Assembly: GCA_035193785.1 (NCBI GenBank) | Contig: CP136572.1 | Location: 2,996,578-3,060,577, forward strand | From: Planktothrix sp. GU0601_MAG3 | GTDB taxonomy: Bacteria > Cyanobacteriota > Cyanobacteriia > Cyanobacteriales > Microcoleaceae | Length of the DNA: 64,000 nt | Direction of reading: 5' to 3' | Shown: positions 12,663-23,201 of the stretch, one piece after another | Layout of the letters: each line of letters opens with the position of its first letter | Numbering within the stretch: the stretch's first letter is position 1 | Notes under the pieces: generated by a model | What the model was told of the DNA's origin: nothing | The model's database searches: none | What the model saw: only the letters and a program-made list of their open reading frames with translations | Program-made: the position numbers and the translations under genes

Positions 12663-13413
12663 ATGAGTGATTCTTCTCCATCAAGTTCTTCTATTGACCC
12701 CCGTGAATCTGAAACTCAGGAATGGGTATCTGTTGATGCAGATATCCCCAGTTTCCGAACCTTCGGCTCATCCGGCTAAACTATCCGCTTCCCATCAAAA
12801 TTCCCTGATTCTGGTAGAAACGGCTTTTCTGGCTAGTGCCGCCAGTTTGATTTGGTTTGTTAATTATTATTTTCCCATGGGGCCAGTGCTGCGGCTGTTT
12901 TTCGCCTTGCCGATGGCTTTATTATATTTACGATGGGGAAAACGGGCTGCGGTGATGGGGGCGGTGGCTTCATTTTTATTGTTATCGGTGTTAATGGGGC
13001 CAACTCGCAGTATTGTGTTTTTGATTCCTTATGGTTGGTTAGGGGTGGTTTTGGGGGGAATGTGGAAACGCAAATCTCCTTGGTGGATGTCCATTAGTAC
13101 GGGTTCTTTAATTGTTGCTATTGGTTTTTTCTTTAAATATTGGTTACTTTCCATCCTGCTAGGGCGGAATTTGTGGGCCTACGCTACGATCCAAATTACC
13201 TCGGTGGCGGACTGGATTTTTATTAAGTTGGGGATTTTAGCTCAACCCAGTCTAATGTTAGTTCAGGTGCTTGCTGTTCTGATGATTTTAATTAATAGTA
13301 TTGTCTATTTATTTGTGGTTCATCTAGTCTCATTATTATTATTAGATCGTCTCAATAGTCCCATTCCTCGCCCTCCTAAATGGGTACAAATTTTATTAGA
13401 CTACGACGCTTAA
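12663..13413 (+). CDS. DUF2232-like membrane protein (probable +1 error at GTTTC 12751)
   Basis: LVETAFLASAASLIW and several TM segments; ATG 12663 joins the frame after repair. Confidence 0.75.
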
Positions 13414-14527
13414 ATGACTGTTAAGGTTTATACCCAGTGTGCCGGGGGAAATCGGTGGTTACATCGCTATCAAGGAACTCAACCTGTATTTGCTTGTGTG
13501 TTGGGATTTACAGCAACGGCCTTAATTCCAGGGATTTCCGCCGCCGGGGCTACCAGCGACTCCCGAAAATATACGGCCGTTGCCGATGCTGAATTTCTCC
13601 ATAATGGCCCCCAACCCCATCCCCAGTATCCCTTACCGCCCTTAGATGCGGGGGCTTCTCCGGTGTTAATTTCCCGGGCTGTAGTGGAGTCCCTAAAATG
13701 TCCTTTGTATCTGTTTAATGCGGGATTATCTGTTGCTCCTGCGGTTCCTACGATTGACTTGGGGGGGGTTGCCGCCAGGTGTATAACCTCCGGTTCCGCC
13801 ATGACTTTAGGGACTGTCAAGCATCTATTTGAGCAGGGGTTAATCTGGGGTGAACGTCTGGCCCAGGATGCCCAAAATAGTTATCTGATTTTATCGGAAT
13901 GTGTGGTGGGCGGAACCACTACGGCCCTGGGGGTGTTGCTGGGGTTGGGAATTTCCGCCATGGATAAGGTGAATAGTAGTCATCCCCAGTGTAATCATGG
14001 CCAAAAATTAGCGATCGCCACCACGGGATTACAACAAGCCGGGTTTTGGCCGTTATCGGGGATAGGGATTGATCCCTTCCAGTTGGTGGCCGCGGTGGGT
14101 GATCCGATGCAAATTGTGGTGGCGGGCATGACTTTGGCGGCTAGTCGTACCGTGGGGGTGCTGTTGGCGGGTGGAAACTCAGATGTTAGCGGTTTATGGT
14201 TTGGTAGAGGCGATCGCCACTGCATATCAGATTCCTTGGTGTGCTGAGGGGGTGGTAGTGGGAACCACCCGTTGGGTCGCGGAAGATACCACGGGGGATA
14301 CGGTTGGTTTAGCGGAAATGGTGGGAAATGTCCCCCTATTAGCCACGCAACTAAATTTTTCTACTTCGGTTTATCCGCAACTGCGGGCCTATGAACAGGG
14401 TTATGTAAAAGAAGGGGTGGGGGCTGGAGGGGCTGCGATCGCGGCTTATCTGGCGCTAGGTTGGAATAATACCCAAATTCTGCAAGCGATTGAAGCAGTG
14501 GCTGATCGGATGAAATCAAATTATTAA
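13414..14527 (+). CDS. cobT: Nicotinate-nucleotide--dimethylbenzimidazole phosphoribosyltransferase (+1 error at GAAAC 14174)
   Basis: IPGISAAG, ECVVGGTTTAL, repaired LAGGTQMLAV, YVKEGVGAGG. Confidence 0.9.
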
Positions 14528-14575
14528 TGTTCAATTCTGCGGATCTGTGCTACAATGTAAAATTGAACAATAAAC

Positions 14576-14658
14576 GCGGACATGGCGGAATTGGTAGACG
14601 CGCTAGATTTAGGTTCTAGTATCGTAAAGATGTGAAGGTTCAAGTCCTTTTGTCCGCA
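14576..14658 (+). tRNA. trnL-UAG: tRNA-Leu (anticodon TAG)
   Basis: GCGGACA acceptor stem, GGCGGAATTGGTAGACGC D arm, CTAGA-TTTAGGT-TCTAG anticodon arm, long variable arm, GTTCAAGTC T loop. Confidence 0.96.
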
Positions 14659-14678
14659 TTATGAGTAAAGAGTTAACA

Positions 14679-14707
14679 AAAATGCTCTCCGAAAGGGGGG
14701 CGTTTTT
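14679..14707 (+). terminator. Rho-independent terminator after tRNA-Leu
   Basis: ATGCTCTCC-GAAA-GGGGGGCGT followed by T run. Confidence 0.8.
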
Positions 14708-14760
14708 AGGTATTTAATATTGATGATTATCTGAATTACTGACTAATATTAAATACATTT

Positions 14761-14977
14761 TCATCTAATCTTGTATTTAATATAGCATTGGAAAATTGGA
14801 TTTAATCGAAAGAGCGATCGCCCTTCTCCTTCGACTTTTTCAATTAAATCCCGTCTGATTAAGGATTGTATTGCTTGCATAAATTCAGGTTTTGATAATT
14901 CAATATTAGTAGGTTTTGGGGAAATATTCACAGGTTGATCTTGAGTCGCTAACCAGTAGATTACTTGTTTTTCTAAT
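14761..14977 (-). pseudogene. 3' remnant of an NB-ARC-type gene paralogous to 18820-20200
   Basis: Encodes ...QVIYWLATQDQPVNIS...EKVEGEGRSLFRLNPIFQCYIK; DNA aligns to about 18835-19037. Confidence 0.85.
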
Positions 14978-16437
14978 TTATAACCCTAGTAATTTAGCTT
15001 TCAAAGCTGAAAATTCTTCATCAGTAAGAACTCCTTCCTTATGTAACTTTGCAAACTTAGCTAGTTCATCTGCTACTGAGGGTTTTCCTGAAGTATTAGC
15101 TAGTTGTTGCTTTATTTCTCTCATTCGTTTTTCTACAAGCTCTTTAAACGCTCTGAAGTTTTCATTACACTCTTTTCCTCCAAAAGTAATTACATTTTCT
15201 TGTTGATGCTTCATCTCATTAGGCTTTGGAAAGTATCCAGGATATACAAATTCAATAGTTTTCCATCAAGAATGCCACTTGCTTTAAAGTTGATAACTGT
15301 TATATTTTCCACTGGAATCTTTACAACGTTAGCATCTTGGTCAAAAAAGTTGAAAAATTTGCCAATAGCACCGTGACTGATGACTACATAATCATCAATT
15401 AAGGCTACCTCTCCACCAATGGTATTTTTAGCATACGGATAGTCTTTTTCTGCTGTTGGCTCTTTCTTGGGTATAACTTTTTCTGCTAATTTTCGCAGAT
15501 TTTTGCTAAGTTCTGGATCGAAACCATTCATGCTTATCTCGAAGTCATTAAAGTTACTGCACAAAGAGATATTTTGCTGAGCAATTCGTTCCAAAGATTT
15601 TATTTCATAAGCAACTTGATTTTTTATAGCCAAAAAATCTTTCTTGGCACTTTCAGCCGAACATTGCAACTGATATAGCCTTCTTACTTCGCTGATAAGA
15701 TTTTTTAAATAGATTAGATTCAAATTTTCGCTTTGCTCGTCATTAACTATTATTAACTTAGCTAAATTTATGTAATTTTCCTCAAGTTCTTTTTTATAAG
15801 TGTCTACCATATCAAACAAGCTCCCTACCGAGCTCTTTATTTGGCTCCACAACCCTTCCTTTGATACCTCTTGACGTTTTAATCGCACATCTTCAGCCTC
15901 CGCTAATTTTGCTCTAGTTTTAGATATTTCTTCTACAGTAATTATAATTTCAGGATGGGATGATATTAAATGCGCTCTCTCGTGATTGCCAAAAGAGGTT
16001 CTTCCGAAATTTTCTAACTCTGGAGCTATTCCTTTGAATTTCTCTTGGACTTCGGTTAAAGTATTGTTCGCTGTTAATATCTCCTCCTCTGCTTTAATTT
16101 CTTTTGTTCTTAGAATAGCTATCTGCTCTTTAATTTGCTGCATAGCATCTAAAAAACTTATGTTTTCCCCGACCAGCAAATTATCTAACAACAGTTTTTC
16201 TGAGTGTTCTTCTTCATAAACTTCTATAGTCACTATTGCTCCGGCATTTTTTAATTTCAATTCCAATTTCTCCGCTTCTTCTGCTGTAGCAGTTTTTACT
16301 ATAGATATAGGAGCAGATTCTACGGTATCTTTTGCTTCTTTCAATCCTAAATCGCTTATCTCACGAACAGCCTTCAAGATAGAGATTTTACGATCACCAG
16401 GGACTTTCACAAGAATGACATTCCAATTCTGAGGCAT
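14978..16437 (-). CDS. Fusion protein: L7/L12 C-terminal-like domain + coiled coil + DUF4429/PH-like + SHOCT (+2 error at GTTTTC 15258)
   Basis: N-term KISILKAVREISDLGLKEAKDTVESAP; repaired FKASGILDGTIEFVYPG...ENVITF; C-term VADELAKFAKLHKEGVLTDEEFSALKAKLL; 485 aa. Confidence 0.75.
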
Positions 16438-16497
16438 AAAGCTATTAAATGTATTATACTTAAAGGTCTAATATTACACCCTTTCTAGGCATAAATA

Positions 16498-16722
16498 TTG
16501 TATCATAAAATACTATCACAAATTCCCCCGGAGGATTTCGTTCAGGATATGCGCCTAGCTGCTGCTATCTATTGGTATCAAAAAGCTGAAATTTCTCAGG
16601 AAAAAGCCGCCCCAATTGCGGGTTTAAACCGCAGAGGCTTCTTGGATGCTCTAGCGCGTGAGCAAGTTGATGTGTTTGTAATCGACTTTAATGACCTACA
16701 ACGGGAGCTTGAGCGTGGCTGA
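16498..16722 (+). CDS. UPF0175-family antitoxin (5' end probably altered), followed by a stub of its PIN toxin
   Basis: LAAAIYWYQKAEISQEKAA..AGL; the downstream frame reads ...AINTSPLIFLT and then degenerates. Confidence 0.65.
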   Translation: MYHKILSQIPPEDFVQDMRLAAAIYWYQKAEISQEKAAPIAGLNRRGFLDALAREQVDVFVIDFNDLQRELERG

Positions 16723-16887
16723 TTCTTTGGATAATAAAGTCATCCCTCCTGCCATCAATACCTCTCCTCTAATATTTTTAACAACCTGTTTTGTTTATTT
16801 CGGGTCAAACCCCATACAGGTTAGGGAATAGAGCCATAACATTAATAAAACTTATGACTTGTATGCAAAACCCTGATGTCAAAACAC

Positions 16888-16916
16888 TTTACAAACCGTA
16901 ATAAAGCCGTTAATGT
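16888..16916 (+). promoter_or_regulatory. psbA promoter
   Basis: TTTACA-N17-TAATGT upstream of psbA. Confidence 0.65.
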
Positions 16917-16970
16917 AGTAGACATAGATACCAAACGTACCTCGACAAATACATAGCAATCATAACCAAC

Positions 16971-18054
16971 ATGACAACCACGATTCAGCAGCGCGAAAGC
17001 GCCTCCATCTGGGACAGGTTCTGTAACTGGGTGACATCCACCAACAACCGGATTTATATCGGTTGGTTCGGTGTTCTGATGATCCCTACCCTGTTAACCG
17101 CCACCATCTGCTACATTATCGCCTTCGTAGCGGCTCCCCCAGTAGACATCGACGGTATCCGTGAACCCGTAGCTGGTTCACTGTTATACGGAAACAACAT
17201 CATCTCTGGTGCAGTTGTTCCTTCCTCTAACGCCATCGGTTTACACTTCTACCCAATCTGGGAAGCAGCCAGCTTAGACGAGTGGCTGTACAACGGTGGC
17301 CCTTACCAGTTGGTGATATTCCACTTCTTCATTGGCATTCTGTGCTACATGGGTCGTGAATGGGAATTATCCTACCGCTTAGGGATGCGTCCTTGGATCT
17401 GCGTCGCCTACTCTGCACCCGTTGCAGCAGCAGCCGCCGTGTTCCTGATCTACCCCATCGGTCAAGGTTCTTTCTCCGACGGTATGCCCTTAGGCATCTC
17501 TGGAACCTTCAACTTCATGTTAGTGTTCCAAGCCGAACACAACATCCTGATGCACCCCTTCCACATGTTGGGAGTTGCGGGAGTATTTGGTGGTAGCTTG
17601 TTCTCCGCCATGCACGGTTTCCTTAGTTACCTCTTCCTTGGTTCGTGAAACCACCGAAGTCGAATCACAAAACTACGGTTACAAATTCGGTCAAGAAGAA
17701 GAAACCTACAACATCGTTGCAGCCCACGGTTACTTTGGTCGTTTAATCTTCCAATATGCCAGCTTCAACAACAGCCGTAGCTTACACTTCTTATTAGGTG
17801 CATGGCCCGTGATTGGGATTTGGTTCACCGCTTTAGGTGTATCCACCATGGCCTTCAACCTGAACGGTTTCAACTTCAACCAGTCGATCATCGACTCTAC
17901 CGGTCGCGTGATCAATACCTGGGCTGATGTGTTAAACCGGGCTAACCTGGGTATGGAAGTCATGCACGAGCGCAACGCTCACAACTTCCCCTTAGACTTA
18001 GCTTCTGGTGAATCTGCTCCTGTGGCTTTGGTTGCTCCTCAAATTAATGGTTAA
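16971..18054 (+). CDS. psbA: Photosystem II D1 protein, Glu130 form (+1 error at GTTTC 17617)
   Basis: Canonical D1 sequence; repaired [20 protein letters not shown]; 360 aa. Confidence 0.99.
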
Positions 18055-18079
18055 TTCTTAACCTAAATAAATACAAAAG

Positions 18080-18106
18080 ACGCTCTCCGCCAGGGGGGCG
18101 TTTTTT
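18080..18106 (+). terminator. Rho-independent terminator after psbA
   Basis: ACGCTCTCC-GCCA-GGGGGGCGT followed by T run. Confidence 0.85.
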
Positions 18107-18141
18107 GCTGTTTAATTTTTTTGTGGTTTAATTTTTTACGG

Positions 18142-18700
18142 TCATTGAGCGTTAAATACATCTTCATAAACTTGCGCCATTGTTAGTGTTAACCCAACAG
18201 ATTCTAAGATTAAATCATCTTGTTGTCCTAGGATTTGTACTGTCCAATTACCTTGATCATCTTGACGATAAACTTCGACTTGGATTTGGTCTTGAGAAAT
18301 TAGAACATATTCTTTTAAACTTTCTAAGGTTTGATAGTTGATTAATTTTTCCCGTCTATCGGTGGTTTCTGTGCTTTCTGATAGAACTTCAATAATTAAA
18401 TTGGGTTGGGTTTTGAAATATCTATGATTATCTTGGGGGTTACAAGTTACCAGTAAGTCAGGATAATAAAAAATATCATCTTGAACTTTAACTTTCATAT
18501 CCGACACAAACACCCGACAAGAACTTCCCCGCAGATGGGGACGCAATAAGGAAACTAATATTCACAACAATAATATTATGTTCCTCACTCGCACCCGCCA
18601 TCGCAAATACATAACCACCGACGTATTCATGGCGAGTTTGACTGTTGGCTTCGGCGTTTAGATAGTCTTCAACGGTAAATAGGGGTAAAGGAGATCGCAT
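18142..18700 (-). CDS. Uma2-family (DUF820) endonuclease-like protein (+1 error at GAAAC 18551)
   Basis: RHEYVGG..AMAGAS, YYPDLLV, IIEVLSEST, EYVLISQD. Confidence 0.9.
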
Positions 18701-18819
18701 TTTTTATTCCTCGTAATTATTTTTTATAAACATTCTATTAAAATTAGAAAATTATACTATAGCACTACGGATTACAGTGTTTGACACTTCTAAATCCTGA
18801 AACCCTTTCCCTGTGCCCT

Positions 18820-20200
18820 TTAACTTAACTTCTGTTTAATATAGCATTGGAAAATTGGATTTAATCGAAAGAGCGATCGCCCTTCTCCTTCTACTTTTTC
18901 GATTAAATTATATCGAATTAATAATTGTATCGCTTGCAAGAATTGAGATTTTGACAATTTAATATTAGCAGGTTTTTCGGAAATATTAACGGGTTGATCT
19001 TGAGTTGCTAACCAATATATTACTTGTTCTTCTGATTCCGACAAACATTTTAAGTGAGATTCCAAAGCGGGTTCTAAATCCCCTAAATAGATATCATTTT
19101 GCTGGGCTAAAAATAGGGAAACGCTACCATTAAAGAGTTCAATAATTGTTGAAGTGATAATCTTTAACCACCTGGGATGACCTTGATAGATTGTAATTAA
19201 TTCTAACCAATTTTCCTGATCAATTAATCCTTTTTCCTTGAATATTTCTGTTGCTTCTTCTCCTAATCCTTTCAAGTTTAAAGTTTGTGTGGATCTATTT
19301 TCTGTTTCCAAATTGACGATTTCTATGGGTTTTGTCCAACTCAGGAGAATTAAACAACTTTGATGGGGAGATGTGGCAATTTGTTTAAAAAATTGACTAT
19401 AATCTTCATATTCAGGTAAATATTTACCTGCTAATTCACCCGTTTTAAAAATATCCTGTAGGTCATCAAGAATCACTAAACAGCGAGAGTTACGAAAATA
19501 ATCAATAACTGTAGATAAGGGGGTTGGTTGAGATTGAGAAAAAAATTGTTTGAGTTTCGGTTTGTAGGGTTGAAAGGGTAGGAATATTATTAAGACTTTT
19601 CCAGATAATATAATCAAATTGTGTATTAATTTCTTCAATGAGTTTAATGGCGATCGCACTTTTTCCAATTCCACTTAATCCATAAATGGTAATTAAGCGA
19701 GTATGGTCTTTTAATATCCATTGTTTGAGGGTAGTTAATTCTGAGGTGCGATCGTAAAAGGTTGTTAATTCTGGTGCTTCTATTAAATTGATGATTGTTG
19801 ATTGATTTTTGGTTTGGGATGTTTCTGGGGGAGATTGCGATCGCGTTTGTGTATTTTTAATATTTTTGATAAATTGATTACAAATATTAATATCAATTTC
19901 TTGTAATAAACAGTCGCCTGAATTAGAAACTTGAGAAACTCTATATTTTTTCTCTACCTTAGAACGAAAATTAAACTTCTTCAGGTCTTGTCCTAAATCT
20001 TCACCAAGCTTTTCCCATAACTTAGCAGCTTCTTTTTTAATGTGAGATTCACTACAATTATAATCTTTAGCGATTTGAGGATATTTTTTTCTGTCCCAAA
20101 CACCTGTTAATATTGCTTCCTGTATCGGTGTGAGATTTTCTCCAGTTTTATCAAAAATCAAGTTATCCGCCCACTGTAACACATCCTCAACATTTTTCAT
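18820..20200 (-). CDS. N-terminal HTH-like + NB-ARC/STAND ATPase, no C-terminal repeats (+1 error at GTTTC 19554)
   Basis: FYDRTSEL, Walker A GLSGIGKS, Walker B CLVILDD, QGHP motif; N-term YPQIAKDYNCSESHIKKEAAKLW. Confidence 0.85.
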
Positions 20201-20230
20201 CAGTAGACACAGATAGATATTGTTTGTAAT

Positions 20231-20324
20231 GTATCCTACCGAATCCCACTTTGTCAACCGAATTGTACTGAATCCTACTAAATTGGTTCGGGATGGTTAA
20301 AAAAATTGGGTGCTGAATCCGACT
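20231..20324. promoter_or_regulatory. Degenerate ~10-bp repeats (consensus GAATCCTACT) in a divergent intergenic region
   Basis: GTATCCTACC GAATCCCACT TTGTCAACC GAATTGTACT GAATCCTACT ... GAATCCGACT. Confidence 0.5.
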
Positions 20325-20456
20325 GTTTTGAGTTGTTACATCTAAATGCTAGGCAATACAATTAAGCAAGCCAGTCAATCTAGCCTAACGAAGATGGGGA
20401 TTAGATTGATAACAAACGGAATGACAACCAGATCGGATAGCAAAAGGATAAAATCA

Positions 20457-20654
20457 ATGCACAAATTTCCAGCTTGTCCTAATTGTGGAAGAACAATCAA
20501 AAACGAATTATTCTCCGGTGCTTACTTCAACGTCTATCAATGCAAAAAATGTAACAGTTTCTTCTGCAAAGAATGTGGATATAACTCTGGTAAAGATTGT
20601 CCCAGTTGTGGTCACACGGAAAAAAGAGTAGGTGGAGAAGTTTACGCCAGATAA
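20457..20654 (+). CDS. Small double zinc-ribbon protein (65 aa)
   Basis: Four CxxC pairs; AGGA upstream of ATG 20457. Confidence 0.75.
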   Translation: MHKFPACPNCGRTIKNELFSGAYFNVYQCKKCNSFFCKECGYNSGKDCPSCGHTEKRVGGEVYAR

Positions 20655-20782
20655 GGGGTGATTACGCCTGTTTAAGTAGGTAGGCGTAATTAAACCTAAC
20701 TATGTAGATCAGGAAAACCCTTGCTGTAAGTTTTAAATTTATCCTGAACGTAAATAAATTAAGATTATTTTGGAAGATATTT

Positions 20783-21658
20783 ATGGGTTATATCATAGCT
20801 TTGATCTTTATCGTGCTCATGGTGTATGGCTTATTTAGTATTTATGAGGACGAACAAAAACGGCAGGCAGAACAACAACGTCAGGCAGAACAACAAAAAT
20901 ATAAGGAAGAACAACAACAACGTCAGGCTGAACAACAAAGTCAGCAACAACAACGTCAGGCAGAAGAAGAAAGGCGGGAATATCGGCGTAAGCAAGAAGA
21001 AGAACTAAATCGTGCAAAACATGAAATTTTGTTGCTCCTAGATAAAATTGAAAAACTATTAGCATCAGGAAAATGGGAAGAAGCTAATTACCAAACAGCT
21101 TATATTTATCGTAACCTAAACATAAAGCAGGCTTTAAAAATACTACAGGAGGAAGACGTAAAAACAGGTCGTTTTGATCAGGAAGTAGCAAATGCAGGTG
21201 GTAGAATTGGTCAACTATGGGTCAAATATAGTGGTGGTCGCTTTGGATTTAGCGTGCAACAAAAATTATTACAAAAATTAGTACAAGAAGTCTACTCCTT
21301 TGACGACCACCTAAATAAGATTGGATTATCGGTCTCTGAATGGAATGAAATCCGCACACGATACGTTAATGGTAACGGGCATGGTGGTGACGACGAGGAA
21401 GCAAATAAGCAATATGCTTATTATAACAGTTCTTATGAGAACTATATCAGGAATGCTTTGTATGATAAAATTGGTTGGGTAAATATAAGGGAATATAATG
21501 ACATTATTTTTAACCTTCAAGCACCTGTAGGTCATCTTCCCTTTATATTTTTCTACCTTGACAATGGAAACCCTAAAGATAGACAAAAAGACACCTTGGT
21601 GGGGTTGGGGAATGTGGGTATGGTGAAGCGAAAAGGCGATTGCCGACAACAAAAATGA
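20783..21658 (+). CDS. Membrane-anchored, Gln-rich coiled-coil GUN4-like domain protein
   Basis: N-terminal TM; (QRQAEQ)n; KWEEANYQT, LWVKYSGGRFGFSVQ, APVGHLP; 3' end may be shifted at GAAAC 21567. Confidence 0.8.
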   Translation: MGYIIALIFIVLMVYGLFSIYEDEQKRQAEQQRQAEQQKYKEEQQQRQAEQQSQQQQRQAEEERREYRRKQEEELNRAKHEILLLLDKIEKLLASGKWEEANYQTAYIYRNLNIKQALKILQEEDVKTGRFDQEVANAGGRIGQLWVKYSGGRFGFSVQQKLLQKLVQEVYSFDDHLNKIGLSVSEWNEIRTRYVNGNGHGGDDEEANKQYAYYNSSYENYIRNALYDKIGWVNIREYNDIIFNLQAPVGHLPFIFFYLDNGNPKDRQKDTLVGLGNVGMVKRKGDCRQQK

Positions 21659-21665
21659 TTTTTTA

Positions 21666-21794
21666 TCGTTTCAAAGTTCTACCTTGAAATACTAATCCTA
21701 GAGCGATCGCTTTTATTGATAGAAAAGAAGCGATCGCTCTCTATTTTAACTCACCGTGACTCCAGCATTTCCTCAACTGTCAAGCCAATATCAA
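21666..21794. repeat. 129-bp imperfect direct repeat, copy 1 (double-HIP1 hairpin + hicA 3' end)
   Basis: Aligns to 23424-23552. Confidence 0.9.
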
Positions 21795-21975
21795 TTGCAA
21801 TCTGCCGAAGCAATCTAGGTGATATATCACGTCCTTTATGAAAAGGAACAGTCGTTCCTCGTCCATCTTCGTGACGGAACTGCTTATGTGACCCTTTTTG
21901 ACGCACCTCTACAAACTCAAGGTTCTCTAGTATGCGAACTATTTCCTGTGGTTTTAGAACTGGAATATTGCTCAT
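21751..21975 (-). CDS. hicA: HicA-family toxin
   Basis: RQKGSHKQF...TTVPFH. Confidence 0.92.
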   Translation of the reverse strand: MSNIPVLKPQEIVRILENLEFVEVRQKGSHKQFRHEDGRGTTVPFHKGRDISPRLLRQIAIDIGLTVEEMLESR

Positions 21976-21978
21976 AAT

Positions 21979-22188
21979 TTATCGGATCACAATCTGTTGT
22001 GTCCCTATAAATTCTGTCTCAATAACGAGATCATCATCTTCTAGGAGCATCTCAATTACCTCACGCAGATTCTCCTGTAACTCATCCAATGTTTCTCCCT
22101 GAGAATGTGCGCCAGGAAACCCAGGAATATAACCAACGTAAAGATTGGTATCAGAATCTTTTTCGATTATAGCAGTAAATGTTTTCAT
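21979..22188 (-). CDS. hicB: HicB-family antitoxin (short)
   Basis: PGFPGAHSQGETLDELQENLREVI. Confidence 0.92.
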   Translation of the reverse strand: MKTFTAIIEKDSDTNLYVGYIPGFPGAHSQGETLDELQENLREVIEMLLEDDDLVIETEFIGTQQIVIR

Positions 22189-22280
22189 AAGATTTGCTTT
22201 TGATATTGCTGATGTAAAAGGGTAAGCTGATTCACAATAGCCAAATTCAAAATTGGTGAAGTATTACTAACTACGGGCAT
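22185..22280 (-). pseudogene. Truncated DUF3368-type PIN toxin
   Basis: MPVVSNTSPILNLAIVNQL... ends after 31 aa where hicB begins. Confidence 0.7.
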
Positions 22281-22518
22281 AAGTCAAATCATCATTTAAT
22301 TCTTCTGGTGTGTAGTGTCGTAAAACTCCACGCTCTCCCAATAGTTGCCCAAATTCATATTTATCCATAACAGCCAGTTCTCGTGCTTTACCAAAGGATA
22401 ATAGATATTGGGTATAGAGAGCGATCGCTAATTCTTGTCGTAATTCCTGTTCAACACGCTGTTCTGGTAAACGAATTGCTTGTAAAACAGAATCAGAAAT
22501 TGAAATTTGTATTCCCAT
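22267..22518 (-). CDS. UPF0175-family antitoxin
   Basis: ELAIALY..LLSFGKARELA...F..LL.ERG. Confidence 0.88.
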   Translation of the reverse strand: MGIQISISDSVLQAIRLPEQRVEQELRQELAIALYTQYLLSFGKARELAVMDKYEFGQLLGERGVLRHYTPEELNDDLTYARS

Positions 22519-22608
22519 ATTCGTTTATTATCAATAAATTTAAGGTAAGAGTTAAAATTGTATTCTATCATTTCCTGGTTCTATTTGGAACTGCTATAAT
22601 CATATAAA

Positions 22609-22657
22609 AATCGACTTTAATGACCTACAACGGGAGCTTGAGCGTGGCTGATTCTTT
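22609..22657 (+). repeat. 49-bp exact copy of 16680-16728 (UPF0175 3' end)
   Basis: AATCGACTTTAATGACCTACAACGGGAGCTTGAGCGTGGCTGATTCTTT at both sites. Confidence 0.92.
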
Positions 22658-22711
22658 TCTCTGGTCATTCCCTGTCTTCAGTAGAAACCCAATTACAAGA
22701 TTAAGAAACAA

Positions 22712-23201
22712 ATGAATCAAAAATATAAACTATATCTTGATGTTTGTTGCTTAAACCGTCCTTTTGATAACTGGTCACAGGAGAGAAATCGCTTAGAAGG
22801 TGAAACAATTTTATCAATTTTTGAAAGAATTGTAGCTAAGGAACGAACGGGAACTAATTTCTAGTGAAGCGATTGAAGCAGAACTATTAAAAATGAAGAA
22901 CCTGGATAAACTACAGAATATTCAAGAATTGTTAAGTTTAGCCACAACCTCTATAATGCTTAATAGTAGTATCGATCAGCGTTCCCAAGATCTAGAAAAT
23001 TTAGGATTTGGACTCTATGACTCATTTCACATTGCTTGTGCTGAAATAGCTGGAGTAGATGTGTTGCTGACAACAGATGATCGGTTGCTAAACCGAGTAA
23101 CTCGTTATATTGATCATCTTAACGTTGCCATCTCAAATCCTGTAATTTGGCTAATGTCTGTTTTTCAAACTGAAGGAGAATCTAACTATGACATCCCTTG
23201 A
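22712..23201 (+). pseudogene. PIN-domain protein interrupted by a 4-bp GAAC duplication (22841-22848)
   Basis: YLDVCCLNRPFD...; DSFHIACAE..DVLLTTDDRLL; removing one GAAC gives 161 aa. Could be a real lesion or an artefact. Confidence 0.7.

Noticed and set aside
16220..16437. Calling the gene rplL
   Set aside because: Only the C-terminal domain is present, fused to about 410 unrelated residues and outside the ribosomal protein operon.
16971..18054. Atypical (rogue, far-red or microaerobic) D1
   Set aside because: Sequence looks like standard D1 with normal Mn-cluster ligand regions ([24 protein letters not shown]).
20783..21658. Canonical gun4 (Mg-chelatase activator), also considered for 56317-56914
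   Set aside because: Only GUN4-like domain motifs with atypical N-termini; orthology cannot be shown by eye.
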